Part shown: positions 37,724 to 51,443 of the stretch, one piece after another
How the letters are laid out: every line of letters begins with the position of its first letter
Position numbering within the stretch: position 1 is the stretch's first letter
Assembly: GCF_964355755.1 (NCBI RefSeq)
Contig: NC_092670.1
Location: forward strand, 12,758,795-12,822,794
Length of the DNA stretch: 64,000 nucleotides
From: Antedon mediterranea
Lineage: Eukaryota; Animalia; Echinodermata
Reading direction: 5' to 3'
The notes under the pieces: model-generated
Told to the model about the DNA's origin: nothing
Databases searched by the model: none
Seen by the model: only the letters and a program-made list of their open reading frames with translations
Position numbers and translations under genes: made by a program

Positions 37724-38154
37724 GGGCCGGCCGGCCGGCAGCAGCTAATTATTATAATACCAGTAAGAAAAATTTGAACTTGACGACTGATCTCTAAAAC
37801 ACTAGCCTAGGAACACAACTAAAAATAAATTAAAACTAAAATATGGTATTAGATTTAATACATTTAATATGTACAAAAGTACATTCTCTTTTATAGTTAA
37901 ACATAATTCAAATAACAAAATGATTACAGACAACCAATAAATACTGCATTTCAAATTCAGTATATAATCTATGAAGACTTGTGTCCATGTGCTATTATTG
38001 TTCAAGAATCAAAATCTGAGTTGTTCTCTCCTGTGACAATCTTAAATGCTCATCCGGAATACAAGTATATTTTATTATTGCTTTTAGCATTGTAACTCTA
38101 TACATATAATTATACAATGGTTGACTGTACTAGAAAATAATACCATGAAAGACC

Positions 38155-38360
38155 CAGTGGTCTAATGGTTTTAGAACACATCTGCATATCAAGCAGAAGG
38201 TTCTGGGTTCAAATCTCAGTTGAGTCAACTTCTAATTCTCGCAGATTTCCTCATCTTTATTGTTTCAAACTGAATATTAATTAATTTGAAACGATAAAGA
38301 TGAGAAAATCTGTGAGAATGAGAAAAAACAGGCCCAACCGAGATTTGAACCAGGAACCTT
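38155..38360. mobile_element. Tail-to-tail inverted pair of short tRNA-derived repeats (family fragments also approx. 3905-3995 and 16008-16056)
   Basis: A box TGGTCTAATGG and B box GGTTCAAATC on the plus strand; arm ATTCTCGCAGATTTCCTCATCTTTATTGTTTCAAA is mirrored by TTTGAAACGATAAAGATGAGAAAATCTGTGAGAAT. Confidence 0.7.
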
Positions 38361-38888
38361 ATTCTACCATAGTATTGTTCAAATTTGATTGGATAGCAAC
38401 TCTTTAACACCCTCAGCATGGTATTGTGGAACAGCACTAGTTCTCAATTGTATGTATGTGCAACAGAGATCAAATTGATAAGCCCTCATCTTTTAGTATA
38501 TAAATATATATATGCCCACTATTTTTCAGGCTTTATACCATTTCTGTTTTTCTTTCTCAAATAGTATTGCATCATTCTTAAAAATTCATTCATAAAATTA
38601 TAATATATATAATGATAGTAAATATTGTTTTATAATAATATTTATTATTATATAAGACTAAACTACTCTCTATTTGAGATGACACGATTTTTGTCTCATG
38701 TAAATTTATCAATTTTTTTCAATAGTCTTTCGAAGCAGCCTGTATTACTGGGTCATACGCATTTGGAAGTTTCCAATGGTTAGATCATTGTCTTGATTGT
38801 ACTTGTAACTAAATTTGTCATGTGTATCTTAAACTTTCGTCATGATAATAATACATAATATTTAAAATTAACTTTGAGTTTTAATAAA

Positions 38889-41800
38889 TTATTCAAATGG
38901 ATTTAAAGATTTATCATAAGCATTGTCTTCATCGAACGGATTTGTACCGGAATCTTCTTCATCAAATGGGTTGTTGGAAGCTTGCTGGGCCGCCGAGTTT
39001 GGCGTTACTGCTCTAGGCTGTTGCCGTGATTGTGAAACAACCGGTCTTGTTTGCTGGGCTGGCTGTCTTTGAGGCTTCCGTGACTGCATTGTAGGTTGTG
39101 TCCTAGGTGGTTGTGAGACTGGAGGCTGCCTAGCTTGTGATGGTGGAGGCTGCCTAGCTTGTGATGCTGGAGGCTGCCTAGCCTGTGATACCGGTTGCTG
39201 TCTGGGCTGCTGCCGTACCTGCGGTTGCTGCCTAGCTTGGGAAGGTTGAGCCCTTGATGGTGACACATTTTGTGATGAGCTTTGTTGCTGCATTGCAAGA
39301 GGCGAGCTTGATCTTGTTATTGGTTTTATCTGAGCTGCAGGCAATGTTTTCATAGGAATAGTTTCAGGCATTGGTTTACGCTGATGTGAACTTGACGTTT
39401 CGGTGACTAAAGTTACCTAGGAAACAAATTATTTATTTATGAAATACTTAATTTTATCTACACTGATAACACCCATGCACATTGATGCAAAAATTCAATG
39501 CTGTATATCACAATAAATAAATGGAAACAGCATATGGTTTGTATTTAGAAAAGCAAATTTACACCGAAAAGCGGTAAACGGAAAACCACGTAACTTGTTC
39601 CAGTAGAATCTGTATTTATCCAGAGCAGACACTGCCTGTCCACTTCGCGTTTGTGTAAATGGTAATAAGGAATAACATAGATTCTATATTTATATTACCG
39701 TTACCGCTTGTCTGTGTAAATTGGCCTTACATGCTACTACAAAGCCAATAAAGAAAGGTTTACACTTGGATGCAACGACTTAGGAACAATACAAGTGAAC
39801 TGTTCAAGTACAAGCAAGTTTGAATGATCCATCGTATTGTGATTAGAAAATATCTTTTGCACTTACGTCCTTACATTGCGTCCAAATGGGAAGCATGCTT
39901 TAGATCAGCAAGTTGTCTTTGCTTTTAAAATGTTAAAAAAAAACATAAAGAAGATTAACAATAATAATTACTTTGTTGAATACACCTCTTCCAAAGTAGT
40001 CTGCAACCACTGAGAAGCCATCGGTTGACTTTTCAAGCTGTGAAAAAAGAAATAAAACTTCCATTAATATATAAATTATTGAAAAGAAACAGAAATTATA
40101 GGAAGAAAAAGTGTGATGTCACGTTTCCTGGCTACCGACTGCACTGGGTACAAACATAGTTTGGTCAACCATCTTGTCCTATTCTAACACATTGATTTAA
40201 CACCACTTTTTTGTATGGACATATATATATGGACATGATGATGACATACCACTACCATATTATTTGGGAATATCACTACCATATTTTGGCACATCATCAC
40301 AATTGTTGTCAAATTAGTTTGATAGTGTAGACAGAACTTAAACACAGTTAGAAATTCCTGAAGCTGTTTGATACTAACCTGCCTATGGAATTGTTCATGG
40401 AGGTCACGACTTTGTTCTTGTGCGCGGATGATATCTTGCACTTTCTTATTTTCTGGAGCACAAACCGGGCATTCTTGATCATTCTCAGCATAACCTTCAA
40501 AACAACTGAGTAATAAAAAAAATACAAAATATTGATTGACCGAGGCTAATTAATACACAATTTATTTATATTCTTCCATTTTTCTTTTTAGGGTTTTCAT
40601 CTTTGTAAATCATATTGTTCTGTGTATCAAAGAGTATAAAACAATTTAATGTACTTTTACAGTATTATGCAACTACTCAATAAAAAAAGGCTTAACTACT
40701 AATGGTAGTACAGTATCATTCACCTGCATTGATCTGTTATTGAAAAATATAAAATATAAAAAAATGGGGTTTATCTGCAAATACCAATTGAAAAAGTTTA
40801 AACTGGAATTTAAGAAGAATTTGCAGGTGTATGCGTTTGCATGGCTGGTTTGGGCATAGGGAAATATACATTTTAAATGCTCTCCATGTCCTTGCAACTG
40901 AAAAAAGATGGTTCATTTATTTTGGCAGAGGCAGAACTCTGTCCCAGCAGTACATGCGCACTTAGTACATCCTCTCAACCCCAGTTACTTACTGTTGGTG
41001 ATAAGAATGTTGGCAGAGGAAGTGTACTGAAGGAAGCTCAAGTGGATGGTTACATATGCTACACTTGGATACTTGAAAGATCTTGGCACTGAAAACAAAT
41101 AATTGAAAAATGCATTAGTGTAATCAATAAAACTGCATGTTCACTTCAATTACTGTGTCAAGTCAGGGAAGGCCATGGCATAACCTTAAATTTTATTTTT
41201 GGACAGTATATATTAGATAAATCATGAATGATTCCACCGAACTTTCGAGTTAAAATAACGATTGTGAGGCATTTGATAAATAGGCAAACTGCCTTAAAAT
41301 GTGACATGTTTAGAGAAACTATTCTCATCATCAGAACAGAAAACGACGCCTAGAGTACTTATATACCAATAGGACAGGTTGTATGTAAATGAGGAAGTAA
41401 TTACCATGATAAAACAACAAGGAACGTAGGCAACAAACAATCATATGGCAAGCGTGACGCCTAAGTTATAGATTTGTTTGTTCAAGGAAGGTTTACTCCA
41501 CATGATGTGGAGGGCTTCCTACATATTACTTCTTAAGTTCTTTGTGTTAAAACCTAAAGCAGCACAATAATTACCTTGTCTTAAGGTCTTCAATCTGACC
41601 TTTCATTTTTTCTGTTTCCTGTTGATATTGCTGTATTAGTCGCTCATCCTCGTGTATCTGATCATTTTCTAGTTGCAGTCTTCGAATAATATAATCCTAA
41701 TGAAATAAAAAGAAAAATTCAGTAGAATTTCCTTTTCCTTTATAGGCATTAGAGATTGATAGTGATACCAGAGTGAAGAAAATGAAGGAATATATATGTC

Positions 41801-44800
41801 TTTATGCACACTGCACTGGCTTGGCATTTTTGTCAAATCCCAATACCACTGAGAACCGAAAAAAACTCTCCCAAATATCCCTTTTTTAGGTGCAAACAGG
41901 CCCAAATTTGTTTTTACAATTTTAAATACTACAATTTCTGGATAAAAAAAAACCAGACATAGACCAGCCGAAGAATGTCAAATATTGGGATATTCAACAG
42001 TACAATCACCAAACGGTCATGTGTACACTACATTTATTGAATATGCTTAACAGTGAATACTTATAACAACATTCTAAGCTACCTACCTTGACTACTGATA
42101 ATGTTGCAGTTGAATTGTGGGCTAGCGTTTGTATGACAAGCAAAGGCGGCATTAAGTTCATTTTATCAATGTGTGATAAGACTTCAGTAATATACTTTTT
42201 ACAACTATCTTCTTTACGAGCAAAATAAGCTAAAGTCTGCACCCACAGATTGGAGTCTTGCTTTCTATGAAAGAAGATATAAACTGTAGCTTGTGTTCAT
42301 ATGTGCTAGAAAAAGGTGGTTTTATAGGAGGGGGTTTTCATTGGAGGGTCATTACTTGAAAGGAGTTTGTCATAAAAGGGAGCATTGTACTGAAGGGATT
42401 TCTTATTGTAGCAGTCATTCATTAGAGGGAACTTTTTTTTATCAGAGAAGTAATCATTGGAAGCATTGTATACAGTAGGTCATTATTAGAAGCATTTTTT
42501 TATTTGATGCCTACAGTAGGTCATTATGGAGGTTTTTTTTTTATCGGAGGGGATTTTTTTTATTGGAAGGGCATTTTTTTTTTTGAAGGGGCATTTTTTA
42601 TTATTGGAGGGCCTTTTTTTTTATTGAAGGGTCATTTATTGCAGGGAGTGGGTAATTCACTGTAGGGATCATTTACTGCAGTAATCTAAAAAGAAACTTT
42701 TAAAATTTACACTTACCCATATCGCTTACATGTTGCCAAAACCTGTTCATATTCATCATGGTCCATATGATAACGAAGAATTTGTTGATATCTGAAAATA
42801 AAAAAAAAACAACTAATTAACAAAGAAATGGAACTAGATACTCATTGAATTTTACTATATTCAGATATGTGTCTATAAAGAGTTATTGATTATCTAAATA
42901 TAAAGATTGAACATTTTAAAGAAAAACTTACAATTTTGCTTTTTCATACAAGTATAAAATTCCTTTTTTGAAATCGTGCATTTGACAGAGAACAAGAGCT
43001 TGGTCAATATCATATCCAGCCTGAAAAGAAAATGTGACATATAGTAAACAGTATCATTTTGACATAAGGCATGTATGCATAAAGCTCTGTCTACACTACC
43101 AGACAAAAAATATGAGGTGCCCATATCTGCACACAGAGACACCATATTACTATCATATTTGGGCGCATCACACTTTTTATGTCAAACTAGTTTGATAGTG
43201 TAGACAGAGCTTGAGAACAATTTCCAATAGTTTGGAAATTACAATCTATGGATGTGGTGGATGAGTACAAATCATTTTAAAGCCTAAACTTCACAAATGT
43301 TCATCACCATAATTTACTTACATCAATATGCTGCATTAGGTTCATGGACTTTTCCTCTAGGCGCACCTGTAGTCTAGAGTCACTCTCATGGGCCATGTCA
43401 TGCAGGTACAGCTCAAGCAGAGTGTTGTAAATTATTTCGGGAGAATTAGGTTGAACCTAAAAAATAAAAACAATTATAGTAAAATGCAAGCGAGATGAGG
43501 GCAAAATAATTCAAATTTTTAAATGAACCTAATCTTTGTCAAATTTTAGACTTAAATTGAGGATTACCATATTCTATGAGAGATACAATTTTCACAGTAA
43601 CACTAGTAATCACTAAAATTGTGTTAAAGATTTGATAATTTTGGACATGGTGGAGGAAAAGACAGCTCTTTTAGTTAGTTTACCCAACCCCTATTCAGGT
43701 GAAACCCCTAATTTGGAGATACTCCTAGTTTGTTGAGTCACAAAGGTGACCCCTTAATAGAGGTTATACTGTATTCTGTTATAGGTAGTAGTTAAAAGCA
43801 TAACTTACAGTTGTCATGTGTTCTAGAAATTCCATAAGTTTACGTGAGTTGTTAACAAAGATGTGTATAAACTCCTCAGCAGCTGCTCTGTTTACTGTTG
43901 GTATACCCCCTGCCATCATATCTTGGTCCACAATTGGTGCTAAAGGTATACAAATATCAATTATACATCTGAAGTGTAATATTAAGTTTCATTTGTCGTG
44001 GATGACTGAAAGTGAGACTATGGTACATGATAAAATACAATTTCTTTTAGATAACCTTTTCAAATGGTATGTGGAACAACTTCAAAACTTATCTGGTTTC
44101 TTTCTCTTAAATTATGATTTTATTTATTATTCTTAGATAACAACTTAAAATGGAGATCCAGTGAAAAAATATGGCTTGTTTCCACTCAAGGCATCTTTCG
44201 TCATGAGTAGCTCTGATTCAAATTCATCTCCTCTTGATGTTACAGCAGTTATGAGAGCCTGCTGTTTATAACAGGTTCATTCTCATCCTAATCCCAGTAT
44301 AGCTTTGTTTGAACTGCAATAGGGATTACCACACCATGAACCAAGAATTTATGGAAAAAGTGTATGATCAGAATTGGATGGGAGGACAAATGTTCAATGT
44401 GTAAGGTAAAGAAACTAGAGAGTTGGTAAAGTACCATGACTTTAATAATTATAACATACCATCTTTAGGTTTGTAATCAGTACATAATGATTTCAGCAGT
44501 TCTGTTGTCTCAGTTGGTACCTCGCTCATCAGCGTTTTGCCATATTTTTTCATATTGCTCTCAGCCTAAGTATAAAACAAAAACCAATCAATGACTAAAC
44601 ACCATTACTGACTTTTATTTATTTGAATTTAGGATTAGTGTGCAAATTTAAAAGTGTATTGTCCCTCAAAACATAAAAAAATAAAAGATGAAACAAATTA
44701 AACTGATAGACCATTTTGCAGTTTTAATATTTTTTTCAGTTGAAAAAAAAATTAACAAAAATAAATTTAAATTGAAAACTACTACTTTTTCAGGTAATTT

Positions 44801-47800
44801 TTCTTTCCAGGTAAATAATTAGACTTCCAATCAAATTTTTGGTCAATAGTGAACAACTGTAACATTAAAATGGCATATTTAGTATTTATTTTTTTCAGGC
44901 GGACAATATATCTTGAAATTAAAACATGTTAAAGCTCTAACCCCTTCAAAGTTGAGTCGTGAGATGTACTGGAGAGCCTTCTGCCAATCTTTGATGTCCT
45001 CCAATTGTATCTTTAGATACCAATCATGCTGGTCGTGTTTCTCAGCAAGAAAGAGGGCGTGCTTGTAGTAACCAGCTTGACGGCAAACCTTGATGGCAGT
45101 CTCCACATCAAAATCTACTTTATCTTTGGTCTGTGAAAAAATTAAATATTTGTGTGGTGAAAATTTGAAATCTAAAGCTTAGTTTAATTGCTTGTTCTTG
45201 ATTATAGCTTTTACGAGCTACATGCCATTTTACTAGCCCAAAATAACTACTCCATTAAACTGTAGTGGAAACTGTTGTAGTTGTCACCAGCCGAATAAGC
45301 ATTAATTGGTTTAGCAGCCCAGAATGGTATTTAAAAGAGCTTACATGGAAATAAATCAAACCTTATTATTACGAACACGATGAAAACTATGTTGAAAATG
45401 AATTTCTTTTCTTTATTTCATACACATCCAACAGTAACTCACCAATTATAAGTAGCTATAAGATGGGTAAACTATAGTATGCTTATAAACTAAGTCTCCT
45501 ACAGTTGAAACAGTTACAACCCTAGAACTAGGTCTGGATTGAACAAAGGACTTGGAAGGCAAGAATGTTAACCACCAAGCAACCCCACTACGTTATAAGC
45601 AGATAATACTACTATACGTACCATGATGAATTCATCTAACTTAGTATTGTCTTTAAGTTTTGTGTAGCAATTAAGTAAAAGTGTTGTATGGTCCTCATTT
45701 GCCAGTGATTTCGTATGAAGAGCCTGCAAGTAGGCTGTTAGGTTGTGAATCCTCTGGGCATCTAGAAACTAATCATAAAGAAATATTATATATTTTATAT
45801 ACTAGGTTGTATGTTATTGGCAGGTGGTTTTGAGTGATGTGATTGGTTTAAGGTTTAAACATTCTATTCCTGAAACACGTCTGTAAAAATAGTTTGTTAT
45901 AATTGCTTTACTACTACATAAATAGAATGAATGTCCCCTAAATAGAGTTCTAAATGAGGGACTTGATGCTTTTTAAAATTCTTGATTGGTACAATTATGG
46001 AAAAACATCATGCATACATGTTATCAATTTTAATTAAATAAATAGTGTACCTTTCTTATAACATATGATGGTTCCAGATTGCCAATTGTCCTAATATACT
46101 GTCCTATTGCGCCATCATGGTCACCTTTGTTGTACAAGTGATCTCCATATTGAGTAAATATATCCACTAGCCCATCCTCATCATAGTGCTGGCTTTTTGC
46201 CAAGCTAAATAAGAAATAAAAAGATGTCGCATCCATAGAAATGTCACATATTACATGTTGATGGTGATGGTAATGTTTAAATTGGTGGTATTGATTGTTT
46301 TAGAAGCTGATGTTAATGTTATTTTTATGTACAGCGCTTAGAGTTTGTTTCTGTCATTTTGAAGCGCTTTATAAATTTAATTTATTATTATTATTACTAT
46401 GGTACGCCCATGTGGTGTGGGCATTTACAGGCGATATCTCATCCATTAACAGGAGATATGTGAACCAGATTTAACCGGATTAGGCACCTACTTGTCTCAA
46501 AAGGTGCATTAAAGTTCTTTTGAAGGTACAGATGCTAAATCAGAGAGGGATTGTCCTACTACTATGGAGCAAACTTGAACTCATGGCTTCAGAAATGTAT
46601 AGCACACAGGAGAGGATCCAGTGGGGTAGTACTTTTTGATATTTATTTTTGAATGATAGCCATGGAAAAATGTCAGGTTAGTCAGTTTTTTGTCAAAAAT
46701 TCTCCAATATAAATCAAATCAATTAAACCTTACTTGATTGCAACTACATATAGATTCTTCTTGAAAAGCATTTCTAGTTTTGTCTGAGTGTCTTTCTCTG
46801 GAAGTTGGAACAACTAAAATAACAACAAAAACATTTAAAATATAGACATTTTAGTCTTTAGTAATAAAGTGTAGTAGGTCCATAAAGTAGGGAAGTATTA
46901 TCTTTTGCTGTTTTAATATTTTCCCATTAGTTTTGTATATCTAGGCTGTATTTTTTATTTGATCAGATAAATCATTTTGTTGGGCCTTATTTTTGTAGGC
47001 CTTACTGTTGATAGTTATTTGAATGCTCTTAAATACTTAAAGGACATAATACATGTTAATATTCTAACAATAAAATTGAATTACCTTATCACCGGCAATG
47101 ACATAAAGGGAGCCCCATTCACAAACAACGTCAACGACTTCTGGAAAGGGACCGGAATAAGCTGAAACCAACAAAAAATAAATTCTGAAATACTGGTTAT
47201 AATATTATAATTAAATGCATTCAACCAATGCTGGTCTTGAATGTTAATTTTGTAAATGAAACTTACCAATAAATTTATTTTGAATGTCATAAACAGTCAC
47301 TATGTCCATATGTCTTGTTTGACCACTACTTTACATATATAAAAATAATCATTATTAGGGACCATGTCAAAATGATTCTACTGCAGTTACTGCAGTACTA
47401 CAGTTTTTTGGGATAAAGATGTTTATTGCAGTGACTGACTAAAAGCATACAATATTGCAGTACAAAATGGAGTAATTTAGTGTTCATTTTTAACATGTAA
47501 ACGTAAGTTAAAACATGCTAATAAAAAGCATTTTAATTTTTTATTTTTTTTGTAATTCCTGGGTTTAGTTCTATCACCCTGTTAAATTCAAGGAAAGGTT
47601 TAAGGACTGCATGATTGGTAATGCCAATAAATTGTATTTATGTAATCAAGTACTGACCTTGTTTGAACTCGAGGAATATTTTTGCTGTCTTTACCAACTA
47701 CGATCAGATATCCGCGATACCAGTGTAGTAACCTTTTCTCACCTTCAAAAGCTAAGCAGGGACCACGCCCATCCAAGTGGTAGAAATATACTGCCTGTGT

Positions 47801-50800
47801 AATAATAAATACCGTTGTATACTTTGGAGATTCACGAACGAAAATCAAATATTTAATTAGAAATGACTGATGATCGGGCATGTTCCTGTTTCTGTGTTTA
47901 AACACATTTGTGTTGAGTGTATTCATTTCAATAGTTTACAAACTAATTTTTCTTACAAGGAATTCTACTGTACTTAAATATAAGTATATCATACTGATGA
48001 CAAGAAATCAGAATGTTTACATTTATATAAGAAAGGAATAATTTTCTTACATCATGTCGACCAATGATTAACTGGCAATCTTGTGTACTGTCACTCATGA
48101 CGGTGCATCGTTGTGAGCATCCATGTTGGTCTAGCACTTCCTAAAAAAATAAAATGTTAATAAATTGCATCTCATTTGGATTCCAGGGGTTGGCCTCATG
48201 GTCATGCCATAGAGGAATGACTCTAAGGCTCTGTCTACACTATCAAACTTTATTATAAATGTGTTGTGCACATAATATGGACATGAAGATGGCAGTACCA
48301 TATTATTTAGACATATTACTACTATTTTTTTGTCAAACTAGTTTGATAGTGTAGACAGAGCTTAATTTCTCCATGGTCACACTAAAGAGTTAATACAAAC
48401 AGTATGCACTAGACCTGCTGACAACATGGGGAAAAAATTAATTAGAACACCAGCGTAACCCCTTACACATCACAAATGATGCGCTGGATTCTTTAGTGTA
48501 GACAGAGCTTTAGTGTATACAATAATTTGTACCTTTTTAGCATCCTTTCCCGTAACATTGTATGATAGAACCATATTCTCAGTGACTACAAACAAGTATG
48601 TATTGCGTTGAGTGTGTCGGAAATAGAGGCCAGTAACAGGCTTACCACCGGAGTGGATAGTTTTAGTTTTGCTGTGTCTAGAAAAATGAACCAGATATAA
48701 ATATTTAATATGCATCAGATTGATATCATTTGTGTTATGCATTCACCTGTGTGTAATGAAATGTTCGGCTTATAAACTGATTAGTAATGCTTGACTAAGC
48801 AACAATAAAGCAATTTATCTATCCACATTTCTTGGGCATGTGCAGTAAAACTTCTGGAACCATATATATATATATAGTCACCATTTACACTATAATGTAA
48901 TATAACACTAGAATACATGCTGTTAATGTTTAAATCAGGTACAAATAATTATACAGTAGAGCCTTATAAAAGGGACATCTTCAGGAACCAACACAATTGT
49001 CCTCTTAATAGGGGTGTCTCCTAAAGGGATTGTCTCTGGTGTTAAAAAACAAATATTTCCCCTTTTTTTGTTTCACAGGAAAGTGTACCTTTATTATAAG
49101 GGTGTCCCTGAATAGAAGTGTCTCAAGAAACTACTGTACTGTAATTTATCACTTTCACACCTACCTTTCAACTGTCACATCACCCTTGATAAGGGTAACA
49201 GTACCATCTTCAAAGCCAACAGCCATCATGTTCATGTTATCACTAACACTAAGGGCAGTGACCCGTGAAGGGTTCATTGTTCCAGGTAACGCTCGAGTGA
49301 TTCTGGAACACTTAGGAATTCCCATCCTATCAACCTTCAGAGAGACAAAATAATCAATTATTTGTATTGCCATCAATATGTAAATGTACTGTAAATGAGG
49401 AATAACCTACAACTTGCAGCCTACTGGGCTGAATTGCGCACAAGTGTGTACGACACATACCCCAATAGCATTCTCTGTGTGTTGGTACCCTTTCCAACAT
49501 TGCAAAAATAAATGATAATGGTCGGGTTCATCCAGGAATAGGGGTGTTTTCAACTCTTCATATCATAACTCTCCTTCAGAAGAAGCTATGGTCGATTTAT
49601 CCTGAAATCTACTACAATAATTGTATTGGTTTTTTTATATTACTGATTCTTAAGATAATTGTAAACTTTCCAATATTTACCTTATCAAAATTCCAGACTT
49701 TGATAACAGGATTAATGCCAGACTCATCTTGCTAATTAGTAGGAGAAAACAGAATAAATAAATTTGTCATTTATTTATTGTAATTGGTTTGAAAAAAAAA
49801 AAATAAGGTAGAAAAAGCAGAGATGAAAAGGTAAAATTTTGTCTAATCTGTGATATTTGACAGAGAAAAGTAATAGGTGTTTTGCATGAGCTAAAGAACG
49901 TGTATACTCAATTTACTTTATGTGACAAAAAAATGTGATTCAGCATCTGAACAAGGGCGGGGCAGCCTAATTTCAAATTGCAAAAACAGTTTAATTATAC
50001 CCTAAAATACTGAAATATGGTTCTGAATTCAGGGGCATAGTCTTCAAATGTTATATAGTTTTGAAATTAAACGTTTCTAAATTAAAATAAATTGCATTAC
50101 TGTTGTGTATGATAACTCACCCCTATAGTTACAAGGACGTTATGTTGTCTTAGTTGAAAGATTTGCGTCACTACTTGCTCATACGCAGGAAACGAGGAAA
50201 TTTGTAAATTACGATCAATAAAATAAAGGTTGCCCTCATAGTCACCGACAATGATCTGACCCTTTCCACTAGTACACACTGAAATGTTTATCCCCTGAAA
50301 AAAAAATTTGCTATTTATTAAATAGGCCTAAATTAGAAAGGGGTGGGATAATGTGATTAAAATTGGTCATTATGATATTAGAGATTATAACATGGTAAAT
50401 ACTATTATACAGTCAATAATCAAAGGTACAAAGAAAACAAAGTAAAATGAGTTGGAAGATAGTGTTGCGCACTGCCGCGCCTGTTTCGAAAGCTTCCTAA
50501 TGATAAAATAGACGGGGAATTGACTTACTTTAAGCTTATCATATGTCTGATTTGTATCTGGGTGTTTTACAACTTCTTTATCGAAGAAATTAAATCTCCG
50601 CCACTGAAAATGAAAAAAAAAATTGCCTGTCTTAAATTTTATAATTTTGGACTCATTATTCACTGATTGTTTGATTTTATTGTCATATTATTAATAATAA
50701 TAAATATATGTTATCCATTCATACATGCCAATATAGACTAGCTTAGGCCTAGTATTATTACGTCCCCAAAACAAGCAAGGTTCTTTTCGATGTGCACTGT

Positions 50801-51107
50801 CATTGCCATAAATTCAAGGTAGACAAGTGAACAGGGCGAAACGACCTGGGATTGTTTTGTTTTGTCCATTCCGCTATCCAGGGACCAGCCTATCCGTCCG
50901 GTCGGGTCAGGTGCTGGAGAGCTAGGCCGGTTGGCCAACAATAAGTTCACCGGTACCGCCCATCAACTTGCGTATTATATTCAATCATAACGTTCGTTTT
51001 AAATAGACTAACACATACATTTAACCTAAAACTACAATTAATTTGTATTATTCTAACTAAATTGTACAAATATCGTGAAATTAACCTACTTGTTGCAAGA
51101 AAGCCAT
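38889..51107 (-). CDS. VPS11: Vacuolar protein sorting 11 (HOPS/CORVET core subunit), about 25 exons; first 51090-51107, last 38889-39416
   Basis: MAFLQQ|WRRFNFFDKE N-terminus; YGDHLYNKGDHDGAIGQYIRTIGNLEPSYVIRKFLDAQRIHNLTAYLQ; clathrin-repeat region; RING CSICNHPLELPSVHFLCQHSYHQHC...ECPVC; C-terminal GFSVVADYFGRGVFNK. Confidence 0.96.
39550..39728. mobile_element. MITE-family copy (related fragment at 3330-3440)
   Basis: AATTTACAC...AGCGGTAA / TTACCGCT.GTCTGTGTAAATT inverted ends; internal sequence is shared with 3330-3440 in the opposite orientation. Confidence 0.6.
42300..42680 (+). repeat. Degenerate low-complexity tandem repeat in a VPS11 intron
   Basis: Recurrent GGTCATTATTGGAGGG / TTTTTTATTGGAGGG-like units. 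Confidence 0.55.
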
Positions 51108-51443
51108 TTTTTTTGGATTTTTTAATCACACGACCTGTGTTTCCTGAGCCCACCTAAGCTGCTAAAATTATAATTCATTTTATATTCTTTATTTTATAAA
51201 TTGAATACAATAATAACGATATTATAATATAAGATTTATTAAAAATAATTATAATAAATTAATTTACTAATTGCGTTAATTATTTGTCTTAAAAGTACTT
51301 TTTAATTTGCAATATTTATTTTTAGCAGGCTGGAGGGTAGTTACCGTTTTAGCGTCCTCACCAACTGCATTTCGGATTTGTTTATTTATTTTACAACTCC
51401 TGTTTTGCATGAAATTAAAGAACCAGTGTTCGATTGCTTCATC
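51108..51443. promoter_or_regulatory. Bidirectional promoter between VPS11 and the coiled-coil gene
   Basis: The divergent inferred start codons are only 336 bp apart. Confidence 0.65.

Noticed and set aside
50738-51153. ORFs 50738-50950 and 50947-51153 as the VPS11 N-terminus
   Set aside because: The 18-nt exon ATGGCTTTCTTGCAACAA|GTAGGT joins directly to WRRF and matches the known VPS11 start, so these ORFs are intronic or out of frame.
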